This document shows, one piece after another, positions 39,065 through 48,580 of a stretch of 64,000 nt of DNA; position 1 is the stretch's first letter; every line of letters starts with the position of its first letter. The notes below the pieces were generated by a model. It was given only the letters and a program-made list of their open reading frames with translations. It was not told the origin of the DNA and made no database searches. Source of the stretch: Acidobacteriota bacterium. Lineage in GTDB: Bacteria; Acidobacteriota; UBA890; WLXD01. The stretch is from positions 4,512,001 to 4,576,000 of the forward strand of contig CBDFKD010000002.1 in assembly GCA_965248695.1 (NCBI GenBank), written 5' to 3'. The position numbers and the translations under genes are program-made.

Positions 39065-40558
39065 CTACTCGCTGGTCGCACCGTAGACGAGCTCTTCGAT
39101 CGCACCGTGCACGCGGTTGACGGTAGCGGCGGATGGCGGCCGGGTGGTGCGCGAGACCAGAAGCGTCGCGAGGACGTTCACCAGCAGGGCCCAAACGCCG
39201 CCGTGTAGGGACAGCGGGTGCGGCCATACGACGAGGGTGAGAAACAGGGTCACGAGGCCGAGTCCGATGCCCGCCAGCACTCCGTTGGCAGTGAACCGAA
39301 CACTGGACGGGAAGGTGACACCAAGCACCGCCGGCAAGAGCTGTAGCGCCCCGGCGCCCGAGAGCGTTACCAAGATGACGAGGTACTCGAAGGTGTAGAC
39401 GCTGAGGATGTAGCCGATGATCAAGAACCCGACGATGCAAACCCGGCTCACCGTGACGTAATGGGCCAGATCGGCGTCGGCGCGCACGTACCGTTGATAG
39501 ATATCGCGGGTGAGAACCGCCGAGTTGGCGTGAAGGATCGAATCGAGCGTCGACATTGCTGCTGCCGTGGCCCCAGCCAGAATCACCCCCGTGAGCCAGG
39601 CAGGGGCGTAAGCAAAGAGCAGCTCCGGGAAGATCCTGTCGGGGATGGCAATTCCCGGCATCGCCAGCGCTCCGCCGAGACCGACGAAGGCGGTCGGAAT
39701 GAACAAAGTGAGCAGGAAGATCGGGATCGTGGCGCCGAGCCACTTCAGCGTCCGCGCATCGACCGCCGTGTAGTAGCGGATCATGATGTGCGGCTGCAGG
39801 ACGACTCCGAACGACAGCGCGATCATCATCCCGAACCACATCGGATAGGTGAAGAAATCGCGTGGGCCCGGGATCGTCAGCAGGTCGGGTCGTTGCTCCC
39901 TGACCGCTTCGAGCAGTTGCATCGGTCCGCCGAACAGCTCATAGGACAGGTAGATCGCCCCGGCCCACACCGCGACGTACATCCAAACGCCCTGCAAGAC
40001 GTCGGTCCAGTAGACCGCGCGCAAGCCTCCCGCCATGAGGTAAGTTGCGGCCACGATGAGCAGCACTGCGGTAGCGGCCTCGAACGAGACCCGGTCGCCG
40101 GAGGCGGCGCTGATGATGTAGCCCAGTCCCTGCGCTTGCACCTGGATGTACAGAATCGTGAAGACGACCGATACCGATGCCACTACCACCCGCACCGCCT
40201 CACTCTCGTAGTAATCCGCCAGCATGTCGGCGGGAGTCATGTAGTGGAACTTCTTCCCGAGAGCCCAGATGCGCGGCCCGAGCACGTAGGTGATCGCACC
40301 GGTCATCAAGGTCCAGGTTCCCGCGACCCAGAAGCCGATGCCGTGCGTGTAGAAGAAGCCGCTGCTGCCCAAGAACGCGAAGGCACTGTGGTAAGTGGCG
40401 ACCATCGTCAGGTAGAGGACGAAGAACCCGGCGCGACGCCCGTACAGCAGGAAGTCCTCGAGGTTGACCTCGAGACGGCGATTTGCGACGACGCCCAACA
40501 GCAACGTCATCACCAAGTAGGCGCCGATCAGCGAAAGCGCGACCACCCAAGGCTCCAC
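39065..40558 (-). CDS. Sodium:solute symporter family protein
   Basis: About 13 TM helices; DFLLYGR, SAFAFLG, GGLRAVYWTDVLQG, AAAMSTLDS. Confidence 0.9.
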   Translation of the reverse strand: MEPWVVALSLIGAYLVMTLLLGVVANRRLEVNLEDFLLYGRRAGFFVLYLTMVATYHSAFAFLGSSGFFYTHGIGFWVAGTWTLMTGAITYVLGPRIWALGKKFHYMTPADMLADYYESEAVRVVVASVSVVFTILYIQVQAQGLGYIISAASGDRVSFEAATAVLLIVAATYLMAGGLRAVYWTDVLQGVWMYVAVWAGAIYLSYELFGGPMQLLEAVREQRPDLLTIPGPRDFFTYPMWFGMMIALSFGVVLQPHIMIRYYTAVDARTLKWLGATIPIFLLTLFIPTAFVGLGGALAMPGIAIPDRIFPELLFAYAPAWLTGVILAGATAAAMSTLDSILHANSAVLTRDIYQRYVRADADLAHYVTVSRVCIVGFLIIGYILSVYTFEYLVILVTLSGAGALQLLPAVLGVTFPSSVRFTANGVLAGIGLGLVTLFLTLVVWPHPLSLHGGVWALLVNVLATLLVSRTTRPPSAATVNRVHGAIEELVYGATSE

Positions 40559-40574
40559 GCTCAGATCCCCCGGC

Positions 40575-40826
40575 TCACAGCTGCTGGCGTGCGGCGTAGA
40601 TGAGCACGGCCACCTTGGCGGTATAGATCACCGACAGGTACACGAACAGGAACGGCAGACCGAGCACCGTAGGCTCGATTCGATTGGCCAACGGCAACAG
40701 CGGCCACTCGGCGAACGCCAGGGCCACGAGGTAGAACGCTACAGTGAACCGGCCGCTCGGCGTGCGCGGCAAGTAGTGCGAGCGGAACTCGCGGTAGCGG
40801 CTCTGATCTCCCGTCGTGAGGCTCAC
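40575..40826 (-). CDS. Small two-TM protein (DUF3311-like), partner of the SSS transporter
   Basis: WPLLPLANRIEPTVLGLPF motif typical of DUF3311; directly upstream of the SSS gene. Start uncertain (40826 or 40856). Confidence 0.75.
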   Translation of the reverse strand: MSLTTGDQSRYREFRSHYLPRTPSGRFTVAFYLVALAFAEWPLLPLANRIEPTVLGLPFLFVYLSVIYTAKVAVLIYAARQQL

Positions 40827-41230
40827 TCGCGCAGCCTGCTCCTCTGCCAAAGGCACGCTCGCCCAACGTCCCGGAGGTCGATCGAACGGTCGCCTCGGCG
40901 CCGTAGGAAGGCCACCGGGAGCAGTGCGATTCGACGCGGTAGATTGCCCAGTCGCAGTCTAGTACCAATCTGTCCGGTGAGCACGATGCAGTCGATCAGA
41001 GGTCGCCCGTGAGCGCGACATCGCGGCGTCGATGTTGAATCGTGGCCGCATGCCGCAAACAAAGGGACTGTCCTGCGCTGGTCGTCGAACATGCTGATCT
41101 GCTCCTGTCCGGTTTGTTTGGTGGCGCCCGGAGAGTCCTCTACACTGCCGCCGGCAGGTGGCGCCAGCGGAACGTGCGTTCCGGGCCGTTGCCGGTGACC
41201 CACGGCCGCATCGTTACGGGGGAGCTCCGA

Positions 41231-42751
41231 ATGGCGAGACGAAGGGGCCGGGCGCGCAATCGACGTGCCGAGACCGGCGTACGGCAGCTTCCGTGGGGCC
41301 AAGTCGCCAACCCGTATGCCCCGATCGAGGTAATCAGCGAAGACCAGATCGAGGCCATCCACCACGCCTCGCTCAGGTTGCTGCGGGAGGTCGGCGTCCG
41401 CGTGCTCCACGCAGAGGCGCGCAGCTTGTTTGCCGAAGCTGGGGCAGAGGTCGACGATGCCGCCCAGATGGTGCGCTTTGATGCGACGCTCATCGAGGAG
41501 ATGGTGGCGTTGGCTCCGTCGGAGTTCGTCCTCCATGCGCGTAATCCCGAGCGTCATGTAACTATCGGCGGCCGCAACGTCGTTTTCACGGCGGTGGGCG
41601 GGCCGGCGTTCTGCAGCGATCTGGATCGCGGCAGGCGCACCGGCAGCTATGCTGAGCAATGCGACTACCTGCGTGTGATCCAAAGCCTCAATATCGTTCA
41701 CCAGGAGGGCGGCGGGCCGTTCGAGGCCATGGATCTGCACCCGGAGACCCGACATCTCGATCTGTATCTGGCGCAGGTCCGATTGCTCGACAAGACCTGG
41801 CAGCCACAGGCGCTCGGCAAGGAGCGCGCCGAGGACGCCATCGAGATGGCATGTATCGGGCTGGGCGTCGATCGCGACGGGCTCGCCCGACGCCCAGCGC
41901 TGCAGTCGATCATCAACACCAACACGCCGTTGCAGTTCGACATACCGATGGCCGAGGGCACCATCGCGATGGCGCGCGCGGGGCAGTCGGTGTGCATCAC
42001 GCCGTTTACTCTGGCTGGGGCGATGGGGCCGGCGACTCTGGCCGGCACGATGACGTTGCAGAACGCCGAAGCGCTCATGGGGATCGCCTTCACGCAGATC
42101 GTCAACGCTGGAACTCCGGTGGTCTACGGCGCCTTCACCTCGAACGTCGACATGCGCTCGGGCTCACCGGCGTTCGGCACGCCCGAATACACCAAAGCAG
42201 CGCACGCCAGCGGACAGCTCGCACGTCGCTATAACGTCCCGTTCCGCTCCAGCAACACGACCGCATCGGCGACCGTCGACGAGCAGGCCGTCTATGAGAG
42301 CTCGATGTCGCTGTGGGGCGCTGTCATGGCACACGCGAATCTGGTGGAGCACGCCGCGGGATGGATCGAGGGCGGCCTCACGGCCTCGTTCGAGAAGCTC
42401 ATCATCGACGCCGAGATGTTGCAGATGCTGGCGGAGTACCTGCGCCCGATCGAGGTCAGCGAGGACACGCTGGCGTTTGAAGCCATACGAGATGTCGGGC
42501 CCGGCGGTCATTTCTTCGGCTCGCCGCACACGATGGAGCGCTACGAGACGGCGTTCTACTCACCGATGCTGTCGGATTGGCGCAACTACGAGACCTGGGA
42601 GGAAGCCGGGTCGGTGGCAACCGCGGCGCGCGCCAACGCGATCTGGAAGCAACTGCTGCGCGACTACGAACAGCCACCGTTGGATCCGGCGATCGACGAG
42701 GAGCTGTGTGCCTACGTTGCCAAGCGCAAGGAAGCGTTGCGAACATCGTAA
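41231..42751 (+). CDS. mttB: Trimethylamine methyltransferase (MttB) superfamily, non-pyrrolysine
   Basis: IHHASLRLL.EVG, NTNTPLQFD, TPFTLAGAMGP.TLAG, NVDMRSGSPAFGTPE, DEQAVYE, HAAGWIEGGL, GPGGHFFG; no in-frame TAG. Confidence 0.9.
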   Translation: MARRRGRARNRRAETGVRQLPWGQVANPYAPIEVISEDQIEAIHHASLRLLREVGVRVLHAEARSLFAEAGAEVDDAAQMVRFDATLIEEMVALAPSEFVLHARNPERHVTIGGRNVVFTAVGGPAFCSDLDRGRRTGSYAEQCDYLRVIQSLNIVHQEGGGPFEAMDLHPETRHLDLYLAQVRLLDKTWQPQALGKERAEDAIEMACIGLGVDRDGLARRPALQSIINTNTPLQFDIPMAEGTIAMARAGQSVCITPFTLAGAMGPATLAGTMTLQNAEALMGIAFTQIVNAGTPVVYGAFTSNVDMRSGSPAFGTPEYTKAAHASGQLARRYNVPFRSSNTTASATVDEQAVYESSMSLWGAVMAHANLVEHAAGWIEGGLTASFEKLIIDAEMLQMLAEYLRPIEVSEDTLAFEAIRDVGPGGHFFGSPHTMERYETAFYSPMLSDWRNYETWEEAGSVATAARANAIWKQLLRDYEQPPLDPAIDEELCAYVAKRKEALRTS

Positions 42752-42769
42752 CAAGCGGCTTGGCGGTGG

Positions 42770-44071
42770 TCAGCGGGGCGACTTGTCGGCCGCTCGGAGC
42801 AAGGCGTCGAGTAGTTCGGCGGCGCGTCGCGGCCCATTTTGGGCTTGCATCTTCGCGCTGGTCGACGCCAGCTGGGCGCTCATCGGCCTGTCGTTCAGCA
42901 AAGTCGTCAGCGCCGTCGCGAGCTCGTCTTCGGTCCACTCCGAACGATGCATCGTGAGGCCGTGGCCGGTCTCCTGGACGCGCGTGGCGTTGTCGTGCCC
43001 GTCCCAAACGTAGGGGAGGATGAGGGCCGGTTTGCCGAAGTACAGGCACTCGGTGAAGCTGTTGTTGCCACCGTGATGGATGACGACGTCAGCCTGCTCG
43101 ATTACCGAGGGCTGCGGGAACCAGGGGGCCAGCTGAACGTTCGGTGGCGGCGTGTCGTAGCTGTCGAGATACTCGCCGACGTTGACCAACACCCGGAAGG
43201 GTAGCTTTGCGAGCGTTCCGATGATGCGTTCCAGCAGCGCCGTATCACCGGCGCCGAGGCTACCGAAGCTGACGTACACCAGCGGTGCGTCGTCGTGGCT
43301 CCCGAAAGCCGGAACGTCGTAGCGGTCCTCCTGCCTCACGCACCCCTCCAGGTACTGGAACCGCGCCGGATCGAGCGGCTGGCGGCGCTGAAACCGTACC
43401 GCCTCGGGGTACAGCAGCAGGTTCAGAAACGGCGAGGCTTCGAAGAACTCGCCGGTCGGGTAGGCGGGTTCGCCGCACTGGCGCAGAAAACCGTTGAAGC
43501 GCTCGTGAATCGGGCCGATGATCTCGTTGAAGCGGCTGGAGAAGTGAGCCGCGCACTCCGTATCGCCGGCGCGGCAGCCGGATAGGTGGGGCGGGATGTC
43601 CCGATCAGGAATCTCGTTCTCGCTGCACGAGATGATCCGGACCCACGGTGCGCCAAACTGTTTGATAGCTGGAAAGAGGATCACGTTGTCGACGCAGACC
43701 AGGTCGGGCTGCAGCTCGCGCAGTGCCTGCGGCAGCTGCTTCTCGGCCCAGATCGCCGTCTCGACGATCGCCTCCCAGCAATCGCGCACGTAGTTGTCGA
43801 TCTGATCGTAGGGTGACTTACCGAAGTTGGGGATGTGGCTGTTGATGAAGTCCGACCAGTAGCGCGCCATGTCCTCGGGAGCCATGGGCTCGGACATATC
43901 GATGGGGCGCTCCTCGAAGCCGTAGCCGTCGAAAACACCGGCGAACCCGGGATCGCAGAGGAAAACGACCCGGTGCCCGAGCTCGCGACATTGCTGTGCG
44001 ATGCCCACCGAGTTGAGCGCCGGGCCGAACGCTGCCTCGGGGAAAAAGGCGATGGTCCGGCGGTCTTCCAA
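42770..44071 (-). CDS. GT1 family glycosyltransferase (UDP-glycosyltransferase/MGT-like)
   Basis: VYVSFGSLG, WFPQPSVI...IHHGGNNSFTECLYFGKP..LPYVWD. TTG start with a GGAGG RBS. Confidence 0.85.
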   Translation of the reverse strand: MEDRRTIAFFPEAAFGPALNSVGIAQQCRELGHRVVFLCDPGFAGVFDGYGFEERPIDMSEPMAPEDMARYWSDFINSHIPNFGKSPYDQIDNYVRDCWEAIVETAIWAEKQLPQALRELQPDLVCVDNVILFPAIKQFGAPWVRIISCSENEIPDRDIPPHLSGCRAGDTECAAHFSSRFNEIIGPIHERFNGFLRQCGEPAYPTGEFFEASPFLNLLLYPEAVRFQRRQPLDPARFQYLEGCVRQEDRYDVPAFGSHDDAPLVYVSFGSLGAGDTALLERIIGTLAKLPFRVLVNVGEYLDSYDTPPPNVQLAPWFPQPSVIEQADVVIHHGGNNSFTECLYFGKPALILPYVWDGHDNATRVQETGHGLTMHRSEWTEDELATALTTLLNDRPMSAQLASTSAKMQAQNGPRRAAELLDALLRAADKSPR

Positions 44072-44205
44072 CTTCGTCCTCCGCTCAGCAGCGCCCGAGA
44101 AGAGGCGGCATGATGGACTTGGCAGCGCGTTGCGGACCAAGCGGCGCTCCAGAGGATATCGTTGCCTTGGAATCGCCGCTGGACCGAGGTCGGCTGGAGC
44201 GCCGC

Positions 44206-44607
44206 ATGGCTAAGATCAGCCTCAACCTGATGCGTATCGTGGTGGGCTTCGTGTTCTTCCAATACGGCGCCCGTAAGCTGTTCGGCTGGATCGGCGGGAC
44301 AGGGGATTCCGGCCAAGCAGCCGAGCTGTTCTCCCTGTTCTGGTTCGCTGGCTTGTTCGAGTTCTTTGGCAGGATCGCGATTCTGATCGGCCTCTTCACG
44401 CGACCGGTTGCGTTCGTGCTCGCCGGGGAGATGGCGGCGGCGTATTTCATCGTCCACGCGCCGAGGGGGTTCTGGCCGGCGGTCAACGAGGGTGATCACG
44501 CCGTGGTGCTGTGCTTCGTGTTCCTGTTCCTGGCCTTCAACGGAGGCGGTGATTGGAGCGTCGACGGCCAGCTCCTGAGTCGCGGCGACGAACGACACAA
44601 CGGCTGA
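44206..44607 (+). CDS. DoxX family membrane protein
   Basis: RIVVG.VF.QYG..KLFG, AGL.E..G, GLFTRPVA..LAGEMA.AYF..H, G.GDWSVD. Confidence 0.88.
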   Translation: MAKISLNLMRIVVGFVFFQYGARKLFGWIGGTGDSGQAAELFSLFWFAGLFEFFGRIAILIGLFTRPVAFVLAGEMAAAYFIVHAPRGFWPAVNEGDHAVVLCFVFLFLAFNGGGDWSVDGQLLSRGDERHNG

Positions 44608-44659
44608 CGGGTGAGCCGCTGCGGAGCGTGACGTGCCTTCGATGTGCTACCCGCCTGGA

Positions 44660-45130
44660 TCAGCCGCCGATGAACTTCACGTCGAAGCGGCCACCGGTGA
44701 TCTGGATGGTCTCCTCGGTGTCCTCGTTCCTGCCGGTGAGATCGAAACTGCCGCTCGCCCCGTTGCTGGTCAGCGTTTGGATGCTGAATGTACCGGCGAT
44801 CGCGACGACATATACGCCGTCTTGCGGCTGGAAAGCGACCAGCGTGTCGCCGGCGCCGCCGTCAGGCCCGGGTTGGATCTGAAAGTCGCCGACGGCAGCG
44901 TTCTCAACCTGAATCTGGACGACATTGCTGAGGCTCGTGATGACCAGCTTGTCGTCGTCCATCATCGCGATGCTGGGGTTCGTAGAGAAGCTCTCGCCGT
45001 CGAAGAGTGCGCTCACCGTGCCGGCGTTCAAGGCCGCCAGCGGGTTGGGGAACTGAGCCTGAACCGAGCCTGTCCCTACGAGAACGGTGCACAAAGCACA
45101 GGCGAAAATCATCAAAACGCGTTTTGGCAT
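44660..45130 (-). CDS. Secreted hypothetical beta-rich protein
   Basis: Signal peptide MPKRVLMIFACALCTVLVGTGSVQA; C-terminal GSFDLTG...IQITGGRFDVKF (DUF6252-like pattern). Confidence 0.6.
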   Translation of the reverse strand: MPKRVLMIFACALCTVLVGTGSVQAQFPNPLAALNAGTVSALFDGESFSTNPSIAMMDDDKLVITSLSNVVQIQVENAAVGDFQIQPGPDGGAGDTLVAFQPQDGVYVVAIAGTFSIQTLTSNGASGSFDLTGRNEDTEETIQITGGRFDVKFIGG

Positions 45131-45246
45131 AATCGCGGTTTCCTGGAAGGGTGAGAGTCGTGCAGAAAACGGGAGATTAGCATCGCGGCTCGATGGGAGT
45201 TTCAATAGGGTTGCTCAACTGACAACGACCACTTGGAGAAACGCTG

Positions 45247-46695
45247 ATGGACAAGCTGCTGAGCTTCTACATCGACGGGCAATGGACCAAGCCCCTCGGC
45301 GACGCGACGACGGCGCCGGTGATCAACCCGGCCACCGAGGAGACCGTTGCAGAGATTTACCTCGGCAGCCCGGCTGACATCGATCACGCTGTGGTGGCCG
45401 CGCGCGCTGCCTTCGACAGCTACTCGAGCACCACGGTGGCGGAACGGATCGAGCTGGCGGAGCAGATCGTTGCGGTGTTCAATCGGCGTTACGACGAGAT
45501 GGTGGATGCCATCATTGCCGAGATGGGCGCCCCCCACGACCTGTCGCACTCAGCTCAGGCCGCCTGCGGTCCGGGGCACTTCGCGGCCACGATCGCGGCG
45601 CTGAAGAACCTGTCGCTGGAAGAGAAATCCGGTCGCAGCGGCAACGTCGTACTCGAGCCTATCGGCGTGTGCGGCTTGATCATCCCGTGGAACTGGCCGA
45701 TCAACCAGCTGGCCTGCAAGGTGGCCCCGGCGCTGCTGGCGGGATGCACGATGGTGCTCAAGCCCAGTGAGCTGTCGCCACTGTCAGCCCACCTGTTCGC
45801 CGAGTTCGCTGACGAGGCCGGAGTTCCGCCCGGCGTATTCAACATGGTGCACGGCGAGGGACCGGTAGTCGGTGCTCGACTCGCCGAGCATCCGGACGTC
45901 GATTTGGTGTCGCTCACCGGCTCGACGCGCGCCGGCGCTGCCGTGGCCAAGGATGCTGCGGACACCGTCAAGCGAGTATTGCAGGAGCTCGGCGGCAAAT
46001 CGCCCAACGTGATCTTCGAGGACGCCGACGTGGAGGGCGCGGTGCGCAAGGGCGTGTTGCACTGCTTCGAGAACACCGGGCAGTCGTGTAACGCCCCGAC
46101 GCGCATGCTGGTTCACGAGAGCATTTATGCGCAGGCCGTGGAGACGGCGGTACGCGTGGGCGAGGGCGTCGAGGTCGGCGACCCTACCGAGGCCGGCTCC
46201 CACATCGGACCGCTCGTATCCGAGACCCAGTTCGACAAGGTACAGCGACTGATCAACGTCGGGATCGACGAGGGAGCCGAGTTGGCGCTCGGTGGTCCTG
46301 GCAAGCCGGAAGGGCATGAGACGGGTTACTTCGTGAAGCCGACGATCTTCACCGGTGTCAACAACCAGATGACCATCGCGCGTGAGGAGATCTTCGGGCC
46401 CGTGCTGTGCGTGATCCCGTTCGCCGACGAGGACGAGGCGATCGAGATCGCCAACGACACGCCCTACGGTCTCGGTGCCTATGTCCATACGCAGGACTGG
46501 GACCGAGCCCGTCGCGTCGCCCGCCGGCTCAAGGCCGGTAGCGTGTACCTCAACGGCAATGCCCAGGACTTTGATTCGCCGTTCGGCGGCTACAAGCAGT
46601 CGGGCAACGGCCGCGAGTGGGGCGGTCACGGGCTCGAGGAGTTTCTCGAGAAGAAGGTGATCAACGGCTTCTACGCCGAGAAGGCGAGGTACTAG
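45247..46695 (+). CDS. Aldehyde dehydrogenase family protein
   Basis: IIPWNWP, KPSE, LTGS, ELGGKS, GQSCNAPTR, EEIFGPV, PFGGYKQSGNGRE. Confidence 0.92.
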   Translation: MDKLLSFYIDGQWTKPLGDATTAPVINPATEETVAEIYLGSPADIDHAVVAARAAFDSYSSTTVAERIELAEQIVAVFNRRYDEMVDAIIAEMGAPHDLSHSAQAACGPGHFAATIAALKNLSLEEKSGRSGNVVLEPIGVCGLIIPWNWPINQLACKVAPALLAGCTMVLKPSELSPLSAHLFAEFADEAGVPPGVFNMVHGEGPVVGARLAEHPDVDLVSLTGSTRAGAAVAKDAADTVKRVLQELGGKSPNVIFEDADVEGAVRKGVLHCFENTGQSCNAPTRMLVHESIYAQAVETAVRVGEGVEVGDPTEAGSHIGPLVSETQFDKVQRLINVGIDEGAELALGGPGKPEGHETGYFVKPTIFTGVNNQMTIAREEIFGPVLCVIPFADEDEAIEIANDTPYGLGAYVHTQDWDRARRVARRLKAGSVYLNGNAQDFDSPFGGYKQSGNGREWGGHGLEEFLEKKVINGFYAEKARY

Positions 46696-46758
46696 TGGCG
46701 CCTGTAACAGATGGCCACTGATTGACTCAACTCGGCGCGCGAACCGAGTAGCGGCCGG

Positions 46759-46920
46759 AATGCGGAGATCTTGAAGACGCCGATCACGTGGGAGGACGGG
46801 TTCGTGATTCCGCCGACCACGCCCGGACTCGGTGTCGAGCTCGATGAGGCGGTGGCGGAGCGCCACCCCTATGTGGGTGACGAATTGCACCTGGCACCTG
46901 CTGACGATCCGCTGGAGTAG
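46759..46920 (+). pseudogene. C-terminal remnant of a mandelate racemase/muconate lactonizing (enolase superfamily) gene
   Basis: Manual translation NAEILKTPITWEDGFVIPPTTPGLGVELDEAVAERHPYVGDELHL...* contains the PGLGVELDE motif. There is an in-frame TGA at 46723 and the catalytic domains are absent. Confidence 0.7.
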
Positions 46921-46923
46921 CGC

Positions 46924-48192
46924 ATGAGCCCGGAGACGGATCCTACAGCGGCGGCCGGCAAGCCCGGCGATCGGCTGTTCAAGTACGCGCAGGTGCTGAT
47001 GCTGTCTTCGGCGGCGACGTTCATCTACAGCGCGCCCTACCTGCGGCAGATATTCAAGTCACCGCTGATGGAGGTGTTCCAGCTCACCGAGGCACAACTG
47101 GGAAACCTCAGCTCGACATACGGCATCGCTTGCATCCTCTGCTATCTGCCCGGCGGCTGGGTCGCTGATCGGGTATCCCCGCGGCGACTGGTCATCACCT
47201 CGTTGCTGGCGGGCGCGGTCACGTTCGTGTGGATGGCAACGATTCCTGGCTATGGCTCGCTGCTGGTCATCTACGCCGCCTGGGGCGTCATCGGCATCCT
47301 GGTTCTGTGGTCGGCGATGCTGCGGCAGGTACGTGTGATCGGAGATGAAAGCGAGCAGGGGCGCCTCTTCGGCCTGCTGGAGGGCTCGCGAGGTCTGTTC
47401 GAGGCCGCGCTCTTCACGCTCGCGGCGCTGTTGTTCAGCTGGTTCACTGCTCAGGCGATCGGGATGTCCGCGGTATTCGGGTTGTATGCCGTGCTGTCGG
47501 CAGGGCTCGGGCTGTGGCTGCTCTTGGGCAGCCAGGGCGACGGTACGGATGGCGACGAGTCTGCGGCCATCACGCTGGCGGACGTGCTGCTGATCGTTCG
47601 TGAGCCTACCGTGTGGCTGATGTGCGTCATGCTGACGGCGGTGTTTCACTTGTTCTGGGCCATCATCGAGTTCCCGAGCTTCGGTGAGCGCGCCGGCTTC
47701 GGGATGACCGTGGCGGCGACCCTGGCCATGGGGACGGCACGAGTGTGGATGCGCCCGGTCGGTGGCGTGCTCGGAGGTATCGTCGGGGACCGCGTGACCA
47801 ACGCGCGCGCGGTGCTGTGGCTGCTTGCCGTCGGTGCCGGCGTCTGCGTGTTCCTGGCGTTGATGGACACGGGCCCCGACTCCGTGTGGATCCTGTGGGC
47901 CCTGGTGCTGCCGTTCGGAATCCTGGTGTACGCGGTTCGAGGGCTGATCTGGGCCGTGCTACAGGACTGCCCGATTCCGACCTACCTCACCGGCTCGGCC
48001 ATCGGCTTCATCTCGATCATGGGCTACTCCTCTGACATCTATATTCCGCAGGTGAGCAGCTACCTGATCGGTACGTACGCCGACACCGCGGGGTACCAGC
48101 TGTTCTTCGCCTACGTCGCCGTGGCGGCAATGATCGGCGTCGGCGCCACCTGGTGGCTGCTGCGCCTGCGGGTGTCCTCAGATCCGGCGTGA
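46924..48192 (+). CDS. MFS transporter
   Basis: About 12 TM helices; GGWVADRVSPRR (motif A), EQGRLFGLLEGSRG, GGIVGDR. Confidence 0.88.
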   Translation: MSPETDPTAAAGKPGDRLFKYAQVLMLSSAATFIYSAPYLRQIFKSPLMEVFQLTEAQLGNLSSTYGIACILCYLPGGWVADRVSPRRLVITSLLAGAVTFVWMATIPGYGSLLVIYAAWGVIGILVLWSAMLRQVRVIGDESEQGRLFGLLEGSRGLFEAALFTLAALLFSWFTAQAIGMSAVFGLYAVLSAGLGLWLLLGSQGDGTDGDESAAITLADVLLIVREPTVWLMCVMLTAVFHLFWAIIEFPSFGERAGFGMTVAATLAMGTARVWMRPVGGVLGGIVGDRVTNARAVLWLLAVGAGVCVFLALMDTGPDSVWILWALVLPFGILVYAVRGLIWAVLQDCPIPTYLTGSAIGFISIMGYSSDIYIPQVSSYLIGTYADTAGYQLFFAYVAVAAMIGVGATWWLLRLRVSSDPA

Positions 48193-48292
48193 TTCGGCGG
48201 TCGGTGTCAGTCCGTTGCAGCTGGGGTCCTACAGTGGGTGCTCTCGACCTTCGTATTCTTGCAAATCGACTTGGTCCGATCCGCGAGACACA

Positions 48293-48521
48293 ATGAAGAG
48301 CTGGAAGATCGTCGGCGCCGTGATCCTCATTGTGGTGACCGCGCCCGCCCCGGTCGACGGCCAAGACCGATGAGTGGATTCCGCTTTTCAACGGCAAGGA
48401 CCTTGCCGGATGGACTCCCAAGATCACCGGCTACGACCTCGGTGACAACTTCGGCGACTCCCTGCAGTCAGAGAGCCACCCGGTCGAGTTCCGCAAGGTC
48501 GAGTTTCGCAAGCTGGAGTAG
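48293..48521 (+). pseudogene. DUF1080 (3-keto-disaccharide hydrolase) pseudogene: frameshift plus large internal deletion
   Basis: The signal-peptide frame MKSWKIVGAVILIVVTAPAPVDGQDR stops at 48373. A second frame reads DEWIPLFNGKDLAGWTPKITGYDLGDNFGD|SLQSESHPVEFRKVEFRKLE*, which joins the N- and C-terminal DUF1080 motifs directly. Confidence 0.72.
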
Positions 48522-48580
48522 AAGGCCTCAGATCGCGTCGGTGCCGCACTATTAGCCGGGGTCGGAAGCTCCAGGCGAGG

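Noticed and set aside
41120-41230. GGAGAG upstream of mttB as a glycine riboswitch
   Set aside because: The CCGAAG and CTCTCAGG elements of the aptamer are missing.
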